From Methanomassiliicoccaceae archaeon UBA72 (GTDB taxonomy: Archaea > Thermoplasmatota > Thermoplasmata > Methanomassiliicoccales > Methanomethylophilaceae): DNA of 64,000 nt. The notes under the pieces were generated by a model. That model made no database searches. It was not told the origin of the DNA and saw only the letters and a program-made list of their open reading frames with translations. Position 1 is the stretch's first letter, and every line of letters begins with the position of its first letter. Location: the NCBI GenBank assembly GCA_002509405.1, contig DAVO01000012.1:4009-68008 (forward strand), read 5' to 3'. The position numbers were made by a program, and so were the translations under genes. Shown here piece by piece: positions 19,463 through 26,533 of this stretch.

Positions 19463-21532
19463 ATGAGGCCACCGGTTCTGATACTCTTGGCGGTGATGGT
19501 CGCTGTCACACCCGCGTTCATGGCAGCGGAGGATGTGGCCGCTGCACCTGACGGAGTTTTAATCTCCGAGGTTCAGCCGAAAGGAGCAGAGGGGTTGTCG
19601 TTACATAATTTCGGTGACCGCTGTCTGGATCTGAAAGGGTACAGCCTTTCGGACAGTGAAGGTAAGCTCGTTTTCACAAGATCGATAATGCTGGGACCTT
19701 CGGCAGACATTACCGTTTCATTCGACATCGATTCGGTACAGACTTTCCTTGACCGTCCCGGGGACGAAGATTTTTTCGCATATGAGGTCGGCACATTCGG
19801 AATCACCGCCGATAAAAGATTCAAACTTGCAGATTCAGGTGACGGCCTTTGTCTCTTCGACCCCGGGAACGTGTTGCTTGATTCGGTCTGCTGGGGAAAT
19901 GTGACTGTCGAAGGCTGGAGCGGCCGGTCGGGAGACAGGCCCACAGAGGACAGATACCTTGTCCGTCTTTCTTCGTCGGACACGGATACGGCGGAAGATT
20001 GGAAGCTGACCCGTCCAGGCATGACAGACCGGTCGTGCGTCACGTTCACTGCTGACGTGACTCCGTTCACATTCCCCGAATGCCGCGGCTCGCACATCTA
20101 CAATGCCCTCGAATCAGCGAGAGAGGAAGTCCTTATTTCGATCTACCAGTTGACAAGCAGGGAGACCGTCGCCCTCCTGTGCCTCCTTGCAGGGAGCGGT
20201 GTGAGTGTTAACGTCCTTTTGGAAGGATCTCCATTGGGAGGAAGGGAAATTGTAAACACCGAGCGCATGATGATGAAAAATCTGGTTGACAGCGGCGGCA
20301 CGGTGAGGTTCATCAACGATCCGAACTCCGGAGACAACAGAGATTACGGCAGCAGATTCACGTATGTACATTCCAAATACGCTGTCATAGACGGAAAAAC
20401 GACCATAATCACATCCGAGAACTGGACAGAATCCAATATGGGCGCGGGAGAAGGCAACAGAGGATGGGGAGCCGTATTGGAAAGCGAGGATTTTGCGTCA
20501 TATATGCGGGAGATATTCTTTAACGACAGCAGCAACGTCTTCGGAGACTGCATGGATCTGCTGGAACTCTACCCGCAACAGGCAGGTTTCGAAGGAGGCA
20601 TGGCCTATTCCGATCCCGCTCTGACTTATGACGACAGCTACGAGAGCATCACGTTCAGGGAATGCATGGTGACGCCCGTGTTGTCGCCTGATAACTCGTA
20701 CGGGCGGCTCAGGTCTATGATCGAAGGCTCCGAGGTCCGGGTGTTCGCCCAGCAGATGGACCTTTCGGATTCGTATATGAGCCTGTCAGAAGAATCTCCC
20801 GCATCATGGATGGTAGAAGCGGCGTCCCGCGGTGTCGACGGCAGGTTGATCTTAGATATCACCAATGATACTGGAAGCGAATATGCAGAAATAGGACTGA
20901 TCAACACCACCACGGGTCTGAAGGCGGCGGGGATCAGCGGAGGCGAGGGATTCCGGCTGACGCATAACAAGGGGGTCATAGTCGATGACAGCGTGTGGAT
21001 AGGCTCCGTGAACTGGACGGACACATCTTTTTTTCATAACAGGGAGGTGGCGGTAATCATCGATTCCCCCGGAGTGACGGATTTCTTCAAATCGCATTTC
21101 ATGGAAGATTGGGACGATAACTACGCTTTCGGCGAAATAAATCTGGAGATCCTTTGTTCGGGGGACGGGGTGCCTTCTGATTTTGGTTCTTTTGAGGTAT
21201 CGATATATCCGAAAGGAGATTACACGATCCTGTGGGACATATACGGGGACGGAAATCATATCCGGAGCTCCACTGTCGACAAGATATCTTATGAAGGGTT
21301 GGAGCCTGGAAGGCACACACTTATCGTAACGGTAACGGACGAAGATACGGGAAGATCCGCTTCAGCATCTGTCGAATACATCGCTGAAGAATATCACGGA
21401 CATACCGACAATATTAATGTCAACTGCGTATATTTGGCTGTAGGGGCGTCGGCCTCCGCGGTGGCTCTGGGGATCATCAGAGCAGAAAAAACTCGGGATT
21501 TCCGAGAAAAACGGAAGAGGAGATATCGGTGA
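19463..21532 (+). CDS. Secreted, membrane-anchored protein: lamin-tail-like domain, two HKD phospholipase-D/nuclease motifs, PKD-like domain and a C-terminal TM
   Basis: The signal peptide is MRPPVLILLAVMVAVTPAFMAA and the LTD-like stretch is VLISEVQPKG...ADSGDGLCLFD. The two HKD motifs are HSKYAVIDGKTTIITSENW and HNKGVIVDDSVWIGSVNW. A PKD-like segment (YGDGN...TVTDEDTG) precedes a C-terminal TM helix and a basic tail. Confidence 0.75.
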   Translation: MRPPVLILLAVMVAVTPAFMAAEDVAAAPDGVLISEVQPKGAEGLSLHNFGDRCLDLKGYSLSDSEGKLVFTRSIMLGPSADITVSFDIDSVQTFLDRPGDEDFFAYEVGTFGITADKRFKLADSGDGLCLFDPGNVLLDSVCWGNVTVEGWSGRSGDRPTEDRYLVRLSSSDTDTAEDWKLTRPGMTDRSCVTFTADVTPFTFPECRGSHIYNALESAREEVLISIYQLTSRETVALLCLLAGSGVSVNVLLEGSPLGGREIVNTERMMMKNLVDSGGTVRFINDPNSGDNRDYGSRFTYVHSKYAVIDGKTTIITSENWTESNMGAGEGNRGWGAVLESEDFASYMREIFFNDSSNVFGDCMDLLELYPQQAGFEGGMAYSDPALTYDDSYESITFRECMVTPVLSPDNSYGRLRSMIEGSEVRVFAQQMDLSDSYMSLSEESPASWMVEAASRGVDGRLILDITNDTGSEYAEIGLINTTTGLKAAGISGGEGFRLTHNKGVIVDDSVWIGSVNWTDTSFFHNREVAVIIDSPGVTDFFKSHFMEDWDDNYAFGEINLEILCSGDGVPSDFGSFEVSIYPKGDYTILWDIYGDGNHIRSSTVDKISYEGLEPGRHTLIVTVTDEDTGRSASASVEYIAEEYHGHTDNINVNCVYLAVGASASAVALGIIRAEKTRDFREKRKRRYR

Positions 21533-21978
21533 TAGTAAGACAGATGTCCGAAGAGGACCTCCCGCGCGTGTACGCAATCGCCTTGAGCTCGCTCGACGAG
21601 TACTACCTGCCCGAGATATTCTCATTTTTTCTAAACCAATGGCCAAGCGGGCAGCTCGTGGCATGTTCTGTTACCGGAAAGGTAATCGGATTCATCTGCG
21701 GCTCCCGTCTGGGGCCGGACCGTGTGGGGATAGCCCTTCTGGCGGTCGAAAGGGAGGGCAGGTGTCGCGGAGCGGGATCCGAGCTTCTGGCGGCATTGAG
21801 GAAACGCGCCGTTGCGGAGGGCGCATACACAGTGCAACTGGAGGTCCGCAAAGAAAACGAGGCCGCGATCCGTTTCTACAAGGCCCGCGGGTTCATCATC
21901 ACTGAGGATTTGCCGGTATTCTACAACAACGGCGGGGACGGGATCAGGATGATCGGGGCCACAGTCCAGAACTCGTGA
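21529..21978 (+). CDS. GNAT-family N-acetyltransferase (RimI-like)
   Basis: LAVEREGRCRGAGSELL...EVRKENEAAIRFYKARGF is the acetyl-CoA binding motif. The GTG start overlaps the preceding stop. Confidence 0.8.
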   Translation: MIVRQMSEEDLPRVYAIALSSLDEYYLPEIFSFFLNQWPSGQLVACSVTGKVIGFICGSRLGPDRVGIALLAVEREGRCRGAGSELLAALRKRAVAEGAYTVQLEVRKENEAAIRFYKARGFIITEDLPVFYNNGGDGIRMIGATVQNS

Positions 21979-22051
21979 TCATCTCGACTGTTTTCTGGTT
22001 CTTCCAATATCTATAACTATTCGTAAGGCCGTTAAGTCTTGAGGTAAAAAA

Positions 22052-22768
22052 ATGGAAAACGAAGAACCATATTGCTGTTGCTGCTGCGACGAAGATGAAG
22101 TAAGCGAAAGGATACCTCTCATCGGAGAGGACGCGCCCGCTTTCAAGGCGAACACAACACAGGGAGAGATCAACTTCCCGGCAGACTTCAAGGGAAAATG
22201 GGTCATCTTGTTCTCCCACCCCGCCGATTTCACGCCTGTCTGCTCTACCGAGTTCATGACATTTGCAGCGATGACGGACGAGTTCAAGGCGCTCAACACC
22301 CAGCTCGTCGGTATCTCCATCGACTCCATCCACTCGCACATCGCCTGGCTCAGATCGATCTCTCAGATGGAGTGGGGGCCGCACAAGAAAGGTGTCGAGA
22401 TCACATTCCCTTTGATCGACGACGTGAGCATGAACGTTGCCAACAAATACGGAATGGTCCACGACAAGACCTCTACTTCCGCGGTGCGTGCGACCTTCAT
22501 CATCGACCCCGTCGGTAAGATCAGGACGATCCTCTACTACCCGGCAAGCACCGGGCGCAACATGGAAGAGATCAAGAGAGTGGTGATCGCTTTGCAGAAG
22601 GCGGACAAGGACAAATGTGCCACGCCCGCAAACTGGAAGCCCGGGGACGATGTGATCATCCCCGCACCCGGAAGCTGCGGTGCGGCCAAGGACCGTGTGG
22701 CTGACAAGTCCGAGGACAAGTACTGCTACGACTGGTTCCTCTGCTTCCGCAAAGAAAAGAAGCAGTGA
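22052..22768 (+). CDS. Peroxiredoxin (archaeal Prx6-like) with an unusual N-terminal CCCCC extension
   Basis: FSHPADFTPVCSTEF is the peroxidatic Cys motif and the C-terminal YCYDWFLCF resembles the archaeal Prx tail. The N-terminus is MENEEPYCCCCCDEDEV. Confidence 0.9.
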   Translation: MENEEPYCCCCCDEDEVSERIPLIGEDAPAFKANTTQGEINFPADFKGKWVILFSHPADFTPVCSTEFMTFAAMTDEFKALNTQLVGISIDSIHSHIAWLRSISQMEWGPHKKGVEITFPLIDDVSMNVANKYGMVHDKTSTSAVRATFIIDPVGKIRTILYYPASTGRNMEEIKRVVIALQKADKDKCATPANWKPGDDVIIPAPGSCGAAKDRVADKSEDKYCYDWFLCFRKEKKQ

Positions 22769-22776
22769 AATCATTT

Positions 22777-22800
22777 AGGGGCGAAAGCCCCTTTTAAATT
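22777..22800. terminator. Bidirectional hairpin terminator (AGGGGC-GAAA-GCCCCT followed by TTTAAATT) between convergent genes
   Basis: A perfect 6 bp stem with a GAAA loop is flanked by T-rich sequence on both strands, between the prx stop (22768) and the Lon-like stop (22807). Confidence 0.6.
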
Positions 22801-22806
22801 TCTTGT

Positions 22807-24327
22807 TCAATTGAACATGCTGTCGTCCGGAACGTGCTCGTTCTGGAAATAATACTGTGACTTTTCCTTCTGAGCGCTGGATACGTCTTTCGAGAGGCCC
22901 TTGGTGTATGAACCGTATTTGTTCTTGATCTGTTCCTCGACGGGCATCGCGCGCTTCAGCGCCCTGCGGACGTGTTCGGCGGTTATGATGTCCTCTCCGT
23001 CGACCACAGCGATGTCCCCTGCGGCGCGGATCAGCCCCCCCATCTCTCTGAGCCTGAGGGTCAGGGAGTTGGACTGCTCGTCCAGTTTCGCCCTGCGGCG
23101 TCCTTCTTTGATGAGCTCTTCCACTGCGGGTATGTCCGCATGGGGGATGCGCCCGTCCTTCTGAACCTCTTGGGCTACGAACTGGGCATATTTGGCGCGG
23201 TTCTCGCTGTTGTCCGGCATGACCGTGTCGACCAGCACTTCGTATCCGTTGCCTATGATGCGCGAGCGCAGCGGGGAGAGGATGTTCTCGATGTCCTGGA
23301 TGTTACATGCCGCGACCAGAATGAAGTCGCAAGGTACGGCGTCGACCCTGACGCTGGCGCCTGCAGATTGCGGGTTGTGCCCTGTTATCGGGAAAGTCTT
23401 GTCCTGCATGGCGGTCAGAATGTACCTTTGGAGATTGCCGAGATGAGATATCTCGTCAATGAACAGGACTCCCTCGTGTGCTTCGTGTATCGCTCCGGCG
23501 ACGACCCTCTCATAAGCGGGGGAGCCGAGCTTTTCATGTCCTCCGTACGGGTCGTGCAGGACATCCCCGAGAAGTTCGGTCTCGGACGAACCGGTGGCCA
23601 TGACAAACGGGTTCCTCCTCAGTTTCACCAGGACCTTCTTGTTTTTTGTGCCTTGGAGCTGGCTTCTCTTCTCCAGAGACTTCTGGTCGAGCATGCGTAT
23701 GTACTCTCCGGCCCTTTCGAACACGATGGTCTCCTCGGTCCCGTCAGGCAGCGTCCTCGTGGTGTTCACACGGTCCTTCCCGGCTAGCGTCGGTTGCCCG
23801 TTGAACGATTCCATGAGGCTGCCGAAAAGGTCTGCGAACGGGGCGTTAACGGCGGTGCTCGTCTTTCCTGTTTGGCACTCGGGGCACACAAGGTCGTGAG
23901 GGCTGGAATACGCCCCGCACTTCTTGCAACGGAACCCTAGGCGCTCGGCGACGTTCGCTGGAGCCTTTTTGGGTTCCAGAAGCGTGCCCACCGTCTCGGC
24001 CGTGAGGTCCTCTTCGCGGACGACCTCCTTGCTGTCCAGCACTTCCAGGAGCGGCCTCTCGCTGTTTTCCGGGTTTTTCACGACGCGTATCTCATGGTTC
24101 GGCACCGGCAGGTTCAGGGAGAGCGCTTGCGCAATCATCGACTTGCCGGTGCCCGGAGGCCCGACCAGGAGCAGGTTCCTGCGTTGTGTCGCGGCGATCT
24201 TGGCCATCTGGATGGCCTCGTTCTGGCCCAACACCCTGTCCAGGGGGTCGGACGGCAGAAGTATTTCGCCTGTCGACGCGAGCTCGGTCACATCGCTCCA
24301 GTGCTCTACGGGCCTCCTTTCTGACAT
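22807..24327 (-). CDS. LonB-type AAA+ ATPase lacking protease and membrane domains, with a zinc-ribbon insert
   Basis: LGQNEAIQMAKIAATQRRNLLLVGPPGTGKSM and GAIHEAHEGVLFIDEI...PCDFILVAACN...LRSRI match the LonB ATPase module. CKKCG...CPEC is inserted. The protein ends after the ATPase module with no Ser-Lys protease domain. Confidence 0.75.
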   Translation of the reverse strand: MSERRPVEHWSDVTELASTGEILLPSDPLDRVLGQNEAIQMAKIAATQRRNLLLVGPPGTGKSMIAQALSLNLPVPNHEIRVVKNPENSERPLLEVLDSKEVVREEDLTAETVGTLLEPKKAPANVAERLGFRCKKCGAYSSPHDLVCPECQTGKTSTAVNAPFADLFGSLMESFNGQPTLAGKDRVNTTRTLPDGTEETIVFERAGEYIRMLDQKSLEKRSQLQGTKNKKVLVKLRRNPFVMATGSSETELLGDVLHDPYGGHEKLGSPAYERVVAGAIHEAHEGVLFIDEISHLGNLQRYILTAMQDKTFPITGHNPQSAGASVRVDAVPCDFILVAACNIQDIENILSPLRSRIIGNGYEVLVDTVMPDNSENRAKYAQFVAQEVQKDGRIPHADIPAVEELIKEGRRRAKLDEQSNSLTLRLREMGGLIRAAGDIAVVDGEDIITAEHVRRALKRAMPVEEQIKNKYGSYTKGLSKDVSSAQKEKSQYYFQNEHVPDDSMFN

Positions 24328-24336
24328 GGGACTTCC

Positions 24337-25875
24337 TCAGTAGAAATCGTCCTTTGCCCAAAGGGTCATATCGGCCGGCAGTTTGGAGACCTTCCCCTTG
24401 CGGGTGGCGACCACGACTCCGATCTTCTTCTCGTCGCAGACGTCCACTATCCTCTGGGATATCACTCCGTCGAAGACTATGGACGCTATCCCCTCGCCTT
24501 CTTCCTTGAGGGTGTCGGCGAGGCTCTTCACTGCGACTTCTTTGACGACCTTCTTCTCAGCGTCGAGCAGTTTTGCGTTATGGGTGGATGCCATGTCGGC
24601 GAGCAGGTCCCTGAAGAAGACCTGGTCCTCAGTAAGCGCTTTGTCGGCCCGTCTGGGCTTCTTTGCGCGGAGGGTCCTCGTAGGCTTCTCTTCAGTCTCT
24701 GAGTCGCCTTTCTCTTCGGCTTCAGGTTTTGCCGCCTCGGTCCTTATGGCCTCGGGCTTGGAAACCTCCTGCTTCGCCGCCTCGGGTTTCACGATCTCCT
24801 TGACTTGTTCGGCCTCGGCCTCTTCAACGGCCTCGGCCTCCTCCTTCGCTTCCTTCTTTCTGAACCTCTCGGCCGCCTCGGTGTTGAACCTCTCCCTCCT
24901 GGGAGTGCGGTCTTCGTCCCTGGGTCTGGCGCCCTGGTTCTGGTGGCGGTCGTGGCCGGAGTGCTGTTCCCTCCTGGCAGGCCTGGGCTCTTCCTCCTCT
25001 TCTTTGGGCTCCTCAGCCGAGATGCCGGTGATACCGTTCATTTCCATGTACTGGTCTGCGGGTATCTTGTTGCGGAGGCATTTGACAAGCTGTTTCTGAG
25101 TAAGCTCCTCGACCTCCTGTGAGCGGGGCGCCCGGGCAACGAAGTCGACCTCTGCAACCTGGAAAAGCTCCTTGAGGATCAGTTCTCCTCCCCTGTCGCC
25201 ATCTACGAATGCGGTAACGACCCTTTCCCTGGACAGGTCCTGGACCGTCTTGGGAATGTCCGTCCCCTCGACCGCTATGGCGTTCTTAATTCCCGATCTG
25301 AGGCAGTTGAGGACATCGGACCTGCCTTCGACGACAATTATGGACTCCGCATCTTTCACGTTGGGTCCGGCAGGGCACCTGTCCTTGCCGTAGGAGACTA
25401 TCTCTTCGACCTGCAGGCTCTTTCTTATGTTGTCGGTAAGGTCCGAGCTTGTCCCCTTCGACTGTTTTATCAGCTCGGAAAGGAGCTCCTTGGCGCGTTC
25501 GATGACCTTCTCCCTCTTGGTTATCCTCACATCTTCGATGCCGAGGACCTTGATAGACGCTTTGCATGGCCCCACACGGTCGACGGTCTCGAGGGCCGAT
25601 GCGAGAATGACGGTCTCGACCTGGTCGAGGCTCGAGGACATCGTGACGTTTCCTTCAGACCTTCCTCCCTTGGAGGTGACATCAACCTCTATCCTTCCGA
25701 TCCTTCCCGTTTTCTGGAGGTCTCTAAGGTCGAGGTCGTCGCCGAGAAGTCCCTCTGTCTGTCCGAAGATCGCTCCGACGACGTCAGGCTTCTCCACGAC
25801 ACCGTCGGCATTGATCTTCGCTTTAACCAAGTATTTTGTAGCTGTTGGATCTGCGTACATTTGAATCATTTCCAT
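24337..25875 (-). CDS. dnaG: Archaeal DnaG primase / exosome-associated Toprim protein
   Basis: DVVGAIFGQTEGLLG...IIVVEGRSDVLN...AFVDGDRGGE shows the Toprim motifs. A long charged linker occupies residues about 287 to 415. Alternative Met starts are at 25869 and 25860. Confidence 0.9.
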   Translation of the reverse strand: MEMIQMYADPTATKYLVKAKINADGVVEKPDVVGAIFGQTEGLLGDDLDLRDLQKTGRIGRIEVDVTSKGGRSEGNVTMSSSLDQVETVILASALETVDRVGPCKASIKVLGIEDVRITKREKVIERAKELLSELIKQSKGTSSDLTDNIRKSLQVEEIVSYGKDRCPAGPNVKDAESIIVVEGRSDVLNCLRSGIKNAIAVEGTDIPKTVQDLSRERVVTAFVDGDRGGELILKELFQVAEVDFVARAPRSQEVEELTQKQLVKCLRNKIPADQYMEMNGITGISAEEPKEEEEEPRPARREQHSGHDRHQNQGARPRDEDRTPRRERFNTEAAERFRKKEAKEEAEAVEEAEAEQVKEIVKPEAAKQEVSKPEAIRTEAAKPEAEEKGDSETEEKPTRTLRAKKPRRADKALTEDQVFFRDLLADMASTHNAKLLDAEKKVVKEVAVKSLADTLKEEGEGIASIVFDGVISQRIVDVCDEKKIGVVVATRKGKVSKLPADMTLWAKDDFY

Positions 25876-26533
25876 GAAGGGATGGATATACGCCCTGCTC
25901 AGCTCTTTCTCACGGACACCTGCCCGATTCGAACTGTATTCTCGTCTCTGACCTGTAGTCTTTCCCGCTCAGCGGTGATGCGTTCTGGTCTTGGGGCCCG
26001 GTCGTTCCGACGGGGCTGCCGGTTGATAGTGAATCAGTGAACAGGGAATATTCAATTCCCTTGGGTATACAAACACACATCGCGCTTATAAGGTTTTGCG
26101 GAAAAAATGACGATCGGGCTTCGATCGATCCTACCGTTTCGGTGATGGTTGCCGATTGTCGGGGTCGGGAAAAAACGGAGACGCTTTCAGGAAAATTCAG
26201 TTGCGACCCTTCATTCAGGACAGTTCATTTTTCCCGTTTGTCTTCAAAGACAGCAGGTGTGGACAAAAAAACTATATAGTATAACATGATGGAAAATTGT
26301 GATTGGCGGGAAAGAGCCGAGAGCATGGAGGAGATTACCTTGGGTTCTCCTGCTCTTGTTGTGCGCCGTCGGGTCGACTTCTGCCATTGCCCTTGTGACA
26401 TGCGACGAGGTCGGTTGCGGAGAAGAGGACGCAATGCCGTTAACCGGTCCCGTGTCATACATTCCACACTAGGCGGTGGATGCGGGGCCTGCCCGCGGCT
26501 GCGAAGCGGCATGCGTGCCGTCCTATGGCGGGG

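Noticed and set aside
22807-24327. Annotating this gene simply as Lon protease
   Set aside because: Only the LonB-type AAA+ module is present. No Ser-Lys protease domain or TM insertion is encoded before the stop and terminator.
24700-24900. Short GCCTCGG/GCCTCGGCCTC repeats that might suggest a repeat array or CRISPR
   Set aside because: The repeats are irregular, lie in frame within dnaG, and simply encode the Glu/Ala/Lys-rich linker. There is no repeat-spacer periodicity.
25926-25934. GTTCGAATC (minus strand), identical to a tRNA T-loop consensus
   Set aside because: The flanking bases cannot form a 5 bp T-stem, and I could not build an acceptor or anticodon arm around it. It is probably a chance match.
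26037-26512. ORFs of 80, 95 and 72 aa inside the long dnaG / rad50-like spacer
   Set aside because: They have Arg/Pro/Ser-rich, non-protein-like composition, overlap one another on both strands, and lack a Shine-Dalgarno sequence or a TATA box at a sensible distance. I treat the region as non-coding or RNA-coding instead.
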